This document shows, in pieces, positions 37,485 to 47,499 of a stretch of 64,000 nucleotides of DNA; the first letter of the stretch is position 1, and every line of letters starts with the position of its first letter. The translations under genes and the position numbers were made by a program. Below the pieces are notes generated by a model. It had not been told where the DNA came from, made no database searches, and saw only the letters and a program-made list of their open reading frames with translations. Source of the stretch: Acetobacteraceae bacterium (lineage in GTDB: Bacteria; Pseudomonadota; Alphaproteobacteria; Acetobacterales; Acetobacteraceae); assembly GCA_965276785.1 (NCBI GenBank), contig OZ255629.1, positions 3,020,391-3,084,390 of the forward strand, read 5' to 3'.

Positions 37485-40400
37485 TCAATGGGTCCGCTGC
37501 CGCTGGAGTTCCTCGCTCGCGAGCCGCTCCGTCATGAGCGGGCACCCGTGCGATCGGTATGGGCATGCTGAACAGCCGCAGCAGAAGTCCGTGGCGGCCC
37601 TGGCCAAGGGTGGTGCCGCGGCCTGACCCTCCAGAGCCTCCTCGAGGAAGTGCTTGCTGAACGGGTAGACGCGAAGGTTCTTGCCCCACAGCCGCCTTCG
37701 ATAGCCCGGCTCGCCAGGGGCCAGGATATCCCGCAGGCGCAGCATGCGCCCGACCCATTCCGGCTGCTGCGACTCGGGGATGTCCGTCGTGCTGGACTGA
37801 CCGTAGTTGGCGTCGACCAGTCGCTTCATCTCGAGGATGACGTGCGTCGGGGAGATCTCGGCATATCCCTCCCTGGCCAGGGTCGTGGCGGCCTCCTGGA
37901 GCACCTCGCCGGGGTCGTCGGGGTTGAAGGCGGCGCCGCGGGTCCTGGACAACGCCACCTCCAGGAAGGCGCCGTGGCCAGGGTTCGAGGAGAGGCGGGC
38001 CAGCACCCGCAGCGGCGCGGCGATCTCCTCGGACCGCTCCGACGCAGACGGGCACACGTCCGCATACGTGGCGGCGATGTCGGCCACGTGGTCGAACGTC
38101 CATGCGTGCAGCTCGTCCCGGAGGCCCTGCAGCCGCTCGGCCGCTGCCGGCACCAGGGCGCGCCGCGCTTCCGCCTGGCTGGGCGGCATCTTCCGCGTCT
38201 GCACCCGGATCATGCGCGTGCCAAGGATGGTGTCGACGCCGGTTGTGTTGTTGACGACCTTGATGCCGAAGCCGTTCAGCCGCTCGACCTTGAAGTTCTT
38301 CGAGGCATCGACCCAGATCTTGGTCGCGGTGTCCCGGTTGTACGAGACCTTGAGCCACTGGACGAGCTCGCCGAAGCGGTTGCCGTCCTTGCCGGCCTTC
38401 GCGCCGTTGATCGACTCCAGGTCGTCGAGCACGGCCAATCCCCGCGTCTCGTGGATCAGCCTGGCCGCGGCCGGCGCGCTCACTTGCCCCACGATGGTGC
38501 CGTTCGCGGACAGCTGCGACATCACAATGCCGGCCGTGGACTTCCCCGATCCCGCCTCGCCCGAGAGCAGCAGCAGCGGCAAGGCCTGAAACACCGCCTG
38601 GCAGTAGCTCGCGGCCGCCGTCAGTGCGAGGACCGCGTAGTCCTCCTCGTAGGGCAGCCAGATCGCCGCGCGGAACGCCTGCAGGACGTCCTCCACCATG
38701 TCGCCGAACGGGCGGTGTTCGATCTGGTCTCCACGCTTCTTGGCCGCGAGCCAGCCCTCGATCGAGGGCCATGACCAGCTGGGTTGGGCCGGGGCCTTGG
38801 GCAGGCCGTCGATCAGCGTGCCGTCGGACAGTCGGAGGACCCGCTTGTCCGACGGGGTCCCTTCGGCGACGGCATCTCGACGGCGTGCAGCTGCTGCCCG
38901 TCGGACCTGACCACAACCGTCTCGACGTGCTCGACCCTGGTGGCCTTCCCCTCCTTGTCGATCTCGATCCCGACCACGAGCGTGTCGACCGGGTAGTACA
39001 GGTTGCCCTTGTGGAAGGCTCGGCCGATGTCGAGCGGGCGGTAGGCCTTGCGGCCCAGGCCGTCGGCGTCCCCGGGCTTGATGTCGTCCTCGATCTCGGT
39101 CGCCTCGGCGAGGGCGGCGAGTAGGTCGGCGGCCGTGGCGCCGCCGGCGAACGCGTCGCGCCATGTCGTCGCCGGCGGCGGCAAGCGGTGCACCGGCTTG
39201 CCCGCGGAACGGTGCACCAGCCGGGCGATGCGGTCGCCCCGCGCGTCGGCCGCGGTCGCGACGTAGATCGCGTCCCAGGAATCCCAGAACGCCGGTGACG
39301 ACCACTCCTTCGGCACCGCCTCGATGCCCGTAGAGGCGATCACCTGGGCCGACAGGCCGTCTCCGGCGCCCCGAACCTCCTGCCACGTGCGCCATAGGTC
39401 CGGCATGTCGCACACGATGACGGCGGGGGACGGCCCGGCCGAAGCGTGGAAGGTGGACTCCTCCTTCGCCGACGACCAGCAGGCGGCCTTGGGGTTCCGG
39501 GTCACGCCGGGGACGTCCGCCTTGCAGAAGACCGCCAGCTGGGTGCCGTCGGGCGCGCGCAACGGGAAGGTCAGCGCATCGGAATAGATCAGCCCGGTCT
39601 TCGGGCTCTCGTAAGGCTTGTCCAATCCGAAGCCGAAGTGGTCCAACGTCTGCTGCACCAGCCCGCCCGTGACGGTGAGCCATTCCATGGCCGCGGCGTT
39701 GTCCCGGAGACGCTTGCGCCGGCTGCCCTGTGCCTCGAGGTTGGCGGCCCTCCTGCGCTCCTCCTTGGCGGCTTCCAGCTTGGCCAAGTCGCGGGGGTTC
39801 GATATCCCGAAGTCGAGGCCGGATTTGATGGTCGCGTTCGCCTCTTGCAGCGGCAGGCCGCAGCCCACGGCGGCCTGGGCGAGGCGTTGCGCGGCCGTGG
39901 CCCGGTCAAGGGATCCGGCGCCGACCAGTCCACCGATCTTCACCGCCGCCTTGTTCAGCGTGTCATTCCGCGAGCCCTCGCTGGCCCTCAGGACAGTCAG
40001 AACCTCACCGTTCAGCGCCGCGGCGGCGTACGCGGAGGCGTCCGCGGCCGGATCGAACCGGATGGGCGCCGAGGGTGACGCCGACGGGACGGCGGTAGCG
40101 TCCATGGCCTCGTACAGCCAGGCCGGGGCGGGCGCCGTCGTGATCTCCTTGGGCGCCCGCCCCGGGGCCCATTCATATGCCCGGCCCGACGCGTGCCGTG
40201 ACGGCGGCGCCACGGCGCCGCCGCCTTCCGCCCGGACGTCCAGCCCAGGGGCGATCTTCGCCACGCTGTTCCGGACCGTACGGCCTTCGGGGTAGGCGAA
40301 GTAGATATGGCGGCCGCCCCCGCCCGTCTTGCACTCCACCGTGTCGGGCAACGCTCCGCGGCAGGCGACCAGCGCGGCGAGGGAGACTTCGCCCGCCGTA

Positions 40401-40681
40401 CCGTCGACGTCGAGCACCCAGACCCCGCTCCCGGCCCCGGTGGCGATGCCGACGTTCCCCGATTGCCGAAATGCGGCTCCTATGGCGTCGGCGCAGGCGG
40501 TGGCGTCCTTGAAGCCGTGCTCGGCGCGCGGGTGTTTCCCGGGGTTCCGGCAGTCAGCCTTGCCGCACGCGCAGCCGCCCGCCTCCGTGACGCCGTGGAC
40601 GAGGACCACCCGCCAGCCCAACTCGCCATAGGCCGCCGCCGCGGCGGCGGATGGGTTATGCACCCCCTCCTGACAAGGCAC
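37485..40681 (-). pseudogene. Prim-Pol / P4-type primase-helicase-like replicase with its reading frame interrupted near 38,873-38,884
   Basis: The N-terminal frame (38813..40681, GTG start) has a bifunctional primase-polymerase pattern (GWRVVLVHG...GKHPR...GVWVLDVDG...GGGRHIYF). The C-terminal frame (37485..~38873) carries the P-loop LLLSGEAGSGKST. The protein-like sequence switches frame at ...DGQQLHA / VAEGTPSDKRVLRL. The second frame has no nearby start codon. Confidence 0.75.
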
Positions 40682-40682
40682 C

Positions 40683-42767
40683 TCAAGCCGCCCGCCCCAG
40701 TATCAGGGGCGGCATCTTCGTCGCCAACCAGTCGTTGTAGAGCTCGAGACCATCGCTCGGCTTGTCGTGGGCGTAGTTGTCGAGCACCGTCTTGAGCGTG
40801 TCGTGAAGGATATGCGCCACCGTCAGGTAATCCTTCGGATGCGCCCTCAGCCAAGCGGTCGCTATAATGTGGCGGAACGCATGTGTCCTGAACCCCAGGG
40901 TGTCGATGTCCTCCTGGACGTAGCGGCCGGTCAGGCTGAGAACCACGGACGCCATGCCGCTGCTGTCGAAGTGGTGCCCATCCTTGCTGACGAAGACCCG
41001 GTCCGTCGCGTCGGCCGACCTCAGGAGGACGGGCCTGGCCTTCGTGATGTAGAGCTCGACCAGGGGATGGAGGCACTTCGGGACGGGGACGTCGTATGTC
41101 TCCTTGGCCGCGCCACGCTCGTTCTTGAAGTCGCTGGGCTGGAACAACAGCCGCCAGCCACCGTCCTTCGACCGGTAGAGATTGCCCTGGTCGTCCTGTG
41201 TGGGTTTTTCCACATACCGCATCTCGCGGTAGTTCCGGTTGCGCAGCGGGTTCGAGGCCAGCATGCGGAGTAGGAGCTGATCGCGCACCCAGACCGCGAG
41301 CAGCACGGACCCGCTCCACCCGGACACCAGTCTCCCGACCGGACGGTCCGCGGCGTGGTTCTCGATGATGGTGTTGATGACGCCGATCAGGTCCCGCTGA
41401 TCCAGGATCGGCTTCAGCTTGTCCCGAGCGGCGCGGCTGTTGCCGGCGTTGGCGAACGGCATCAGGTCCTGCAGTTCCGTCGTCCAGGTCGCGCACCTGG
41501 CGGCCCAAGCCCTCGTGGCGGCTGCATACGCCTGCCGGAAGTCCGCGCCGATGATCTCGGCCCGCGCGATACCGGCCTTCGAGTAGGCCCATGCGCACTC
41601 CACCTGTTGGGCCAGGAAGCCCTTCTCGGGCTGTAGGAGCGTGAGCGCATCCTTGATGAACAGGTCCGGAATGGACCCATGCCTGTTCTTGTGCCACTCG
41701 ACGAACTCGGCCACGAGATCCGGATCGACCAAGTGGGCGGGCGTCAGGTCGTCCAGGAGCATGGCCCGACCCATGAATAGCGGGGCGAGCGCCGCGATAT
41801 CCCTCGGTTCGAGGAGCTTTCTCTTCCAGTGGCAATTCGCGACGACATAATCGCGCGCACCCTCCAACGTGTCGGGCAGGAGCAGCCAGCCGACGTATGT
41901 CCGCAGGCGCCCTTCCATCATGGCCTTGGCGGGGATGGGGACATCCGCCCTGGTGACGATGCGCCAGGTCTTCCCCGCCCGCTTGATGGCGCTCCCGCCG
42001 GCGTTGCGGAGGATCCTGACAGTCCCCTTCAGCGTGGCGAGCCTCTCGAAGAACCCGCCGATCGGATCTGGAAGCCGTTGGGGGCGAAGCCTGATGGCAG
42101 TCAGGGATACCTTGCCGACCCGGGCCTTCCGCCGCGCCGTCAGGTCAATGGCTGCCCTACCAGTCTTCCTCCTCGGCGCCAGCTTCGAGGCCAATGCGCC
42201 GGCCGGGATCCCAAGGATATCCTCGAGGCGCGCGGCCACCGCCGTGTTGCCGGCGCCCGCGCTGGCCCGCGCCAATTCCGGCTTGGCCCAACGATACAGT
42301 GTGTCCAGGGTCGTGCCGGCCCGCTGCGCGACCTCCGTCTTGGTGACGCCGGGGTTGGCTCCCAGGTATGCGGACAGCGCGCGGCCAAGCACCTCGGAGA
42401 AGAGGGCGGCCTCGGGCGCCTGCTTCTGCACGAGCAACCTCGCCATCGTATTCCATGCCTTTAGGCGGCTCCTATAGGGGCCGATCGTCTCGGCGGCGAA
42501 GGACGTCTTCTCTTCGAACGACTGGAGGCTCGGACGGAAGTCGCCGTCCGACACACCCATCAGCGGCGTGAACGCGTCCTCGTCCGCCAGGCCGTGGGCG
42601 CGGGCGAAGCTGCGCAGCGCGGCCTCATTGCTTGCGACGGCGTTCCGCGGGGCCTCGCCGTGTCGCACACGCCGCCTTCCCTCGATCATCAGGGCCTTGA
42701 ACGTCAGCCGGGACGCGTGGTCGCTGGAATCTTGGGCTTGGCGGCTTGCCGCACTGTCCTCGTTCAT
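40683..42767 (-). CDS. Large tyrosine recombinase / phage-integrase-family protein (~694 aa)
   Basis: The C-terminal catalytic region is LGFRTHAFRHIIATAWL...AHILHDTLKTVLDNYAH (HxxR ... H ... Y). ATG is at 42767, and the track start at 42857 is an alternative. Its TGA stop is 1 nt from the GTG of the replicase gene. Confidence 0.8.
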   Translation of the reverse strand: MNEDSAASRQAQDSSDHASRLTFKALMIEGRRRVRHGEAPRNAVASNEAALRSFARAHGLADEDAFTPLMGVSDGDFRPSLQSFEEKTSFAAETIGPYRSRLKAWNTMARLLVQKQAPEAALFSEVLGRALSAYLGANPGVTKTEVAQRAGTTLDTLYRWAKPELARASAGAGNTAVAARLEDILGIPAGALASKLAPRRKTGRAAIDLTARRKARVGKVSLTAIRLRPQRLPDPIGGFFERLATLKGTVRILRNAGGSAIKRAGKTWRIVTRADVPIPAKAMMEGRLRTYVGWLLLPDTLEGARDYVVANCHWKRKLLEPRDIAALAPLFMGRAMLLDDLTPAHLVDPDLVAEFVEWHKNRHGSIPDLFIKDALTLLQPEKGFLAQQVECAWAYSKAGIARAEIIGADFRQAYAAATRAWAARCATWTTELQDLMPFANAGNSRAARDKLKPILDQRDLIGVINTIIENHAADRPVGRLVSGWSGSVLLAVWVRDQLLLRMLASNPLRNRNYREMRYVEKPTQDDQGNLYRSKDGGWRLLFQPSDFKNERGAAKETYDVPVPKCLHPLVELYITKARPVLLRSADATDRVFVSKDGHHFDSSGMASVVLSLTGRYVQEDIDTLGFRTHAFRHIIATAWLRAHPKDYLTVAHILHDTLKTVLDNYAHDKPSDGLELYNDWLATKMPPLILGRAA

Positions 42768-42883
42768 CTCGAATTCCCGCACGTCGGCCCGTGACGCCAC
42801 CCATCGGTTGCGCCCGGTCCCCGGGTTGACTAGGTTCGAGACAGGTCCCGGGTCCACTCGGAATCCTCTCTCGCCTAGGGATG

Positions 42884-42917
42884 CAACGGGCGCCGGCTGC
42901 CAGGCCGGCGCCCGTTG
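42884..42917. terminator. Strong GC-rich hairpin (14-bp perfect stem, 6-nt loop) between the AlpA-like gene and the large recombinase gene
   Basis: caacgggcgccggc-tgccag-gccggcgcccgttg, checked base by base. A T-rich tail is present only on the + strand, so its function (attenuator, terminator or protein site) is unclear. Confidence 0.35.
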
Positions 42918-43041
42918 TTGCTTGTGTCCGCCCTACGGGGCGTTGATGCGTTCACATGCTAGGTCTGCCTTCGCGGCAGGGCCGCCATGGGGGTGGGCCA
43001 CATCGGTGGATCGAGCACGACGCGGCCTTGCGGCATCGCCA

Positions 43042-43293
43042 TCACGTTGACGCCCCGTCGCGGGGAGCGGCCGGCGGCGTTTGTCCCCGGTCGTCGATCC
43101 ACGCCGCCAGCTCGGTTGAACGCCAGTAGTTGCGCTTGTTGATGGTGAGCGGCCGGGGGAAGCGGAGCGCGGAGTCGTTGCGCCAGCGCCAGAGCGCCAT
43201 CGCGGAGATCCGGCCCAACCGAGCCCGGACCTGACCGCTGTTGAGCAGCAATCCTCCGTCTTCGGGATCATCGGACGCGACCTCCAACACCAT
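43042..43293 (-). CDS. AlpA-family phage regulatory / excisionase-like HTH protein (83 aa)
   Basis: LLNSGQVRARLGRISAMALWRWRNDSALRFPRPLTINKRNYWRSTELAAWID is the typical AlpA/Phage_AlpA pattern. Confidence 0.85.
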   Translation of the reverse strand: MVLEVASDDPEDGGLLLNSGQVRARLGRISAMALWRWRNDSALRFPRPLTINKRNYWRSTELAAWIDDRGQTPPAAPRDGAST

Positions 43294-43681
43294 GCGTATC
43301 CCCCTGCGATCGACGACACCGTGATGCCGCGTTCAGTCTCGTTCGATCTGGATACCCCTGTCCGGTTGCACCGGGGAGTTCGAAGGGTGGCGTCTATGTT
43401 CTGCCTGGCAAAACCTCGCTGCGACGTTTTGCCTTCCGGTCGCACCCGAGCTCATTGCAGCAGCGATGCCCCATCGACGTCACACGCTTGCGCCTTGGCT
43501 GGTGCGGACCTCGGTTGACGCCGGATGGCGGATCGCTGCGCTGGGCTAGTCCCCGCGGCAGGCCGGAGACCGCGCCAACCCAACCTGGCAGTGCGAGGGT
43601 GTTCCGATCACCGTCGGCGTCCCAATGGGCTCGAACCTGCGCACCGCATGGTGCAGGATGCACGCAAGCGATCGCGCTCCT

Positions 43682-44281
43682 TCAGGCGCGCCGTAGCGCC
43701 TTGCCCCGCTTGACCCGCTTGCGGACCACGCCGTCCTCGCGGACGGTCCCTGCGTCTATCTTGAGATCCTCCAGCTTCTGAGGGCGATCGCCAGTCGGGG
43801 TCTGGACGCTTCGCAAGAAATCCAGGCGCCCGGCCAGGTCGATGTCGGCCTTGTCGGCGCCGAAGTCCCTGAATGCGTTCTTGCCGCGCCGGGTCAGACC
43901 CAATGCCTGGGGAACGCGTTGCGCGGCCCCGCGCGGGGTCAAGACCCGCTTCTCCCTCGTCTCCACGGCGACGGGTTCGCCACGCCGCCGGACGCCCCGG
44001 GCGATGGCGAGGACGTTGCCGAGAGCCGGATGCAGCCAGTCGAGGCACCATTCCGGGATCGCAAACGCGGGGTCGACGCCTCGTGCGGTCGCCAAGCGCG
44101 GGTCGCTGACGATGTGGAGGGCCCAGATGGCGTACAGCGGGTTGCCGGTCTCGCCGTATAGTCTCCGCGCATACTCAAGGTTGGAGTGGAGTGCAGGGGC
44201 AAGCCCCACTGCCTGCGGATTGGTCGTGCGGCCGCTATCGACCGGTGCGCCCCGGCCGTCCGGTGTGTTCGTCTCTCCCAC
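43682..44281 (-). CDS. Hypothetical protein (~199 aa)
   Basis: GTG at 44281 lies 1 nt after the integrase TGA stop (TGACGTG). The remainder of track ORF 43682..44407 would overlap the integrase gene. Confidence 0.5.
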   Translation of the reverse strand: MGETNTPDGRGAPVDSGRTTNPQAVGLAPALHSNLEYARRLYGETGNPLYAIWALHIVSDPRLATARGVDPAFAIPEWCLDWLHPALGNVLAIARGVRRRGEPVAVETREKRVLTPRGAAQRVPQALGLTRRGKNAFRDFGADKADIDLAGRLDFLRSVQTPTGDRPQKLEDLKIDAGTVREDGVVRKRVKRGKALRRA

Positions 44282-44282
44282 G

Positions 44283-45617
44283 TCAAGCTCCCCCGGCCGC
44301 GACGGGGCTCCCGCCACCGGGCCGCGCGGCCGCCACCAGTTTGACGACGAACGCGGACCACACCTCGAGCGCGCCCTGCTTCTCGGCGAAGTATTCCCAC
44401 AGGTCATAGACCGTGTCCGTCACGGTGCGGGGGGCGTGGTCCAGGATCTTTGAGATGACGTGCTTCTGGATCCCGAGGCGCCCGAGGTTGGTCGCACATG
44501 ACCGCCGCAGGTCGTGGATCGTCCACGCCGGCATCGGCCCACTCCCCCTCGCCTCGCGTGCGGTGGCGATGAGCGCGTCCACGTCGCGCTTGGCCTTCGA
44601 GTACCCGCTGATCGGGGTGGAGCCGTTCGTCGTGAAGACGAATCCCGCGAGGCCGCCGCCGGGCGCGGAGCAGCGCGGCACCGCCTTGATCATGGCCGCG
44701 ACTGCCACGGGGATCGGCACCGCGCTCCGCCGCTTCATCTTCGTCAGGTTCATCCAGACCGACGCATCCATGTCGAGGTCCGCCCAGCGCATCCGCGCCA
44801 CCTCGGTCCGGCGCTGGCCCAGCAACAATGCGAGCTTCATGAACGTCCCGAACGGATAGCCGAGGGCGTCCATCGCGGCCCAGGCGTCCGCGATCTCGGT
44901 ATCGGACAGGACGCGCGACCTCTTCTTCTCCTCACCCGGCTTCTCGACCAGCGCGCACGGGTTGGCCGGCATCAGGTCCTGGCGGACCGCCCAGCCGAAG
45001 AGCGCGCTGAGAGCCGACAGCACGCGGTTGGCGGCGATCGGACCGCCCCGCGCCGCCGTTCGCCCGCCGGCACGGGCGGGAACCTCGCCCGCCGCCACCG
45101 CCATCACGAGCGTCCGAACATCCGCGCGCATGATTGAGGCGATCGGACGGTCGCGCCAGCGCGGCAGGACGTGGTTGTCGAGATTGCGCCAGGTCTCCGC
45201 CGCGTAGCGCGGCGACGGCTTCTTCCCCTTCCGCACCGGCATGCCGCCGGACATGAACGCTTCGACCGCCGCGCCGAAGGTCCGGGCCGCTGCCGCATCC
45301 GCGGCGTGGGCCGCCTGCGCCCGGGTGGCCGCCGGATCACCCCCGGACGTGAGGGCGACCTGCAGGCCCCCGGCCTCCCTCCGGGCCGCCTCGAGCGACA
45401 CCTCGGGGTAGGTGCCGAGCGTCATGCGCACCTGCCGCCCGGCACCGCGCTCGCGATAGTAGAACATCCAGGTCTTGCGCCCGCGGGGATGCCGCCCGGT
45501 CGGCAGCGCGACGCGCAGCCCGAAGCCGGGGAGGGTCGCATCGTAGTAATCGGTCCGCCGGCCATCCCGCGCCTGGAGGCGTTGCACGGCCGCGTCCGTC
45601 AGCCTCAGCCTCGGCAC
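44283..45617 (-). CDS. int: P4-type tyrosine integrase with an N-terminal arm-binding (DUF4102-like) domain
   Basis: MPRLRLTDAAVQRL...DYYDATLPGFGLRV...KTWMFYYR...TLGTYPEVSLEAAR. The C-terminal catalytic region is TIHDLRRSCATNL...ISKILDH...VYDLWEY. It is adjacent to a tRNA-derived sequence. Confidence 0.93.
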   Translation of the reverse strand: MPRLRLTDAAVQRLQARDGRRTDYYDATLPGFGLRVALPTGRHPRGRKTWMFYYRERGAGRQVRMTLGTYPEVSLEAARREAGGLQVALTSGGDPAATRAQAAHAADAAAARTFGAAVEAFMSGGMPVRKGKKPSPRYAAETWRNLDNHVLPRWRDRPIASIMRADVRTLVMAVAAGEVPARAGGRTAARGGPIAANRVLSALSALFGWAVRQDLMPANPCALVEKPGEEKKRSRVLSDTEIADAWAAMDALGYPFGTFMKLALLLGQRRTEVARMRWADLDMDASVWMNLTKMKRRSAVPIPVAVAAMIKAVPRCSAPGGGLAGFVFTTNGSTPISGYSKAKRDVDALIATAREARGSGPMPAWTIHDLRRSCATNLGRLGIQKHVISKILDHAPRTVTDTVYDLWEYFAEKQGALEVWSAFVVKLVAAARPGGGSPVAAGGA

Positions 45618-45635
45618 GGCGCTACGCCCGCTCTT

Positions 45636-45655
45636 CTGGGTAGCGCCTGGGTAGC
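45636..45655. repeat. Tandem direct repeat CTGGGTAGC x2 (11-bp register) just upstream of the integrase start
   Basis: The copies are at 45636-45644 and 45647-45655, identical and separated by GC. Confidence 0.7.
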
Positions 45656-45784
45656 AAATCCATGCTGATATGCCCCGTTATGTAGTGTTACGATCGGCCA
45701 CGACGAATCGCCGCGGCGACCATATTCATAGGCATTTACAGTGACTTGCGCGAGCGGATAGTTCGGGTATGTTGTGGCGTGTCA

Positions 45785-45834
45785 CCAGACTACGAATCTG
45801 GGGGTTGGAAGTTCGAGTCTTTCCGGGCGCGCCA
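45785..45834 (+). tRNA. 3' fragment of tRNA-Arg (anticodon ACG) from the anticodon arm to CCA. No 5' half is present, so it is a probable att core at the island boundary.
   Basis: Anticodon arm CCAGA-CTACGAA-TCTGG (45785-45801). T arm GGAAG-TTCGAGT-CTTTC (45807-45823). 3' acceptor CGGGCGC, discriminator G and CCA (45824-45834). The ~27 nt upstream cannot form an acceptor or D arm. Confidence 0.75.
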
Positions 45835-45923
45835 CTGATAGTAGAACATCGCGAACTCGGAACTGACATTGACCCCGCCCGTCGAGCTGCCGCCATATTG
45901 GTGGACGCATGAAGCCTTCGGTC

Positions 45924-46442
45924 CTAGGCCTTCTTCTTCCGCACCGCCCCTCGCCTAGTGTTCCCCGGGGCAGCCGCTTTCTGCACCTGACAGGAGCCAA
46001 GCTCCGGCGGAACCAGATCCTTGCCCGCGGCATATTCCGGCAACACGCTGGAGGAGGGCAGCGCCATCACCTCGTCAAACACCGACCGGTTGCGCGGGCA
46101 AAAATCGCTGCCTTGATGCTGGCCCAGTTCACCCTGCTCATTGGCCAGCAAGGTTATGTAGCTGTCATACTGTTTTTGCGCCAAGCGGCCATATTCGTGC
46201 TTGAACCAGGCATTCACCACCCCGTCCTCCCGCACAAGTTCACTGCGATACCGCTCTATGAAGCCATTATAGGCATCCTCGTCGCTGCAGCCCACCGCAA
46301 GCACCGAAAGTTCGCTCTTGAGCGCGCCGATCTCGAAGGCGGATTGGTCGGCGCTGGACGGGCAGCGTAGCTGCGCGCTGGCCACGTTGGCGCAGAGCAG
46401 GCCAAAACTGGCCACGAGCGTGGGGGCAAAACGGCGGCTCAT
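45924..46442 (-). CDS. Secreted hypothetical protein (172 aa)
   Basis: Signal peptide [28 protein letters not shown] overlap with the upstream lipoprotein gene. Confidence 0.7.
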   Translation of the reverse strand: MSRRFAPTLVASFGLLCANVASAQLRCPSSADQSAFEIGALKSELSVLAVGCSDEDAYNGFIERYRSELVREDGVVNAWFKHEYGRLAQKQYDSYITLLANEQGELGQHQGSDFCPRNRSVFDEVMALPSSSVLPEYAAGKDLVPPELGSCQVQKAAAPGNTRRGAVRKKKA

Positions 46443-46966
46443 TTCCTAACTCCTTTGCGTATCGGTTGGGCGCGAGCGGGGCTCGGCGTGGGGCTCTGCG
46501 GCGGGAGGCTGGCGGCGGGCTTGGGCGTCTCAGCCGCCGCGTTCACCGGCCTCACATCGACCGCCAGAGTGGCGTTCCCCGGAATCAGCAGAACGGCAAA
46601 GCTGTCGGGCGCCGGCGTGCCGTCGGGCGTGTAGTCCACCCGCGTGTCGTCGCCGACAGTATGGATATAGACGTGGCCCCGCTCCGGCCGACGCTGCACC
46701 AGCCCCGCAGCATAGGGCTTGCCGCCATTTGCCACTACCAAGCCGCACCAGCCGCCGCCGCCCGTGGTCATGCTCGCCGTCACCGTCTTGCCACCTTCGG
46801 GCTGGACCGGTTGGGTGGTGCAGGTCTTGGCCTTGCCTTGCAGGTCGCTGGCGTAGACGGTCGCGTGGGACTGCGGCAGCGCAATGGGTTGAGTGCAGCC
46901 TCCAAGCAGGCCGGCCAGGAGCGCCAAGGTCGCTACGCTCGTCGAGGCGCCGGTCTTGGAGATCAT
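46439..46966 (-). CDS. Lipoprotein (175 aa)
   Basis: The N-terminus has a canonical lipobox, [15 protein letters not shown]. Confidence 0.75.
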   Translation of the reverse strand: MISKTGASTSVATLALLAGLLGGCTQPIALPQSHATVYASDLQGKAKTCTTQPVQPEGGKTVTASMTTGGGGWCGLVVANGGKPYAAGLVQRRPERGHVYIHTVGDDTRVDYTPDGTPAPDSFAVLLIPGNATLAVDVRPVNAAAETPKPAASLPPQSPTPSPARAQPIRKGVRK

Positions 46967-47167
46967 CGTTCAGCGTACTCCATTGAGACTGCTCCACGAC
47001 TCGCGCGCGCGGTCTGCGCGACAGGGCGCCGGGGTATTAGCGCAGCGGCAAGCGGCTGCAAACTGTTTGACTTGTTCCGACCCGGCGCTATAACGCGCCG
47101 CCCGGCAGCTGGAGGCTCCAGCCGCCCGAATGCTTTTGCGCGCGTTGCGTTGGTAGGATCAGCTTCG

Positions 47168-47482
47168 ATGTTTGCAGTCATCCGCACCGGCGGAAAGCAG
47201 TACCGCGTTACCCCCGAGCTTGTGCTGAAGGTGGAGAAGCTGGAGGCGGAGCCCGGCAGCACCGTTACCTTCACCGACGTGCTCGCCATGGGCGGCGAAG
47301 CGGGGCTCACCATCGGCGCCCCTGTGGTCGCGGGCGCCTCGGTGACGGCGACGGTGGTGGCGCAGGATCGGTTGGACAAAGTCATTATCTTCAAAAAGCG
47401 CCGGCGTCAGAACAGCCGACGCAAGAACGGGCATCGTCAGCACGTTACGGTGTTGCGCATCGCCGACATCAACGCCGCTTGA
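47168..47482 (+). CDS. rplU: 50S ribosomal protein L21
   Basis: [14 protein letters not shown]...[19 protein letters not shown], followed directly by rpmA. Confidence 0.96.
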   Translation: MFAVIRTGGKQYRVTPELVLKVEKLEAEPGSTVTFTDVLAMGGEAGLTIGAPVVAGASVTATVVAQDRLDKVIIFKKRRRQNSRRKNGHRQHVTVLRIADINAA

Positions 47483-47499
47483 AATAGAGGCATAGCAAG

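Larger units (their letters stand above)
1..45834. mobile_element. Integrase-associated genomic (defence) island. The right boundary is the tRNA-Arg 3' fragment and the left boundary is outside the window.
   Basis: An integrase, AlpA-like gene, Prim-Pol replicase and second recombinase sit at the right end next to a tRNA remnant. The cargo is R-M, nuclease/NTPase genes and orphan genes. Universally conserved core genes begin right of 45,900. Confidence 0.6.
37485..45834. mobile_element. Integration/replication module of the island (P4-like backbone: int, hypothetical, alpA-like, recombinase, primase-replicase)
   Basis: All five genes are on the minus strand in the order int-hyp-alpA-rec-primpol. 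This is the characteristic backbone of P4-like integrative elements. Confidence 0.6.

Noticed and set aside
38813-38916. Programmed ribosomal frameshifting in the replicase gene
   Set aside because: There is no slippery heptamer (X XXY YYZ) and no obvious downstream pseudoknot at the frame junction. A mutation or an assembly indel is the simpler explanation.
42884-42917. A classic rho-independent terminator for the AlpA-like gene
   Set aside because: The stem is strong, but the U-rich tail is on the + strand only, whereas all neighbouring genes are transcribed on the minus strand. It is kept as a hairpin of uncertain function with low confidence.
45758-45834. A complete tRNA-Arg gene
   Set aside because: Only the 3' ~50 nt fold as tRNA. 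The 5' positions (tagttcg...) cannot pair with the 3' acceptor strand CGGGCGC, and no D arm can be drawn. The nearest partial match, GCGCGAG at 45748, gives an 87-nt molecule with two acceptor mismatches and no D arm.
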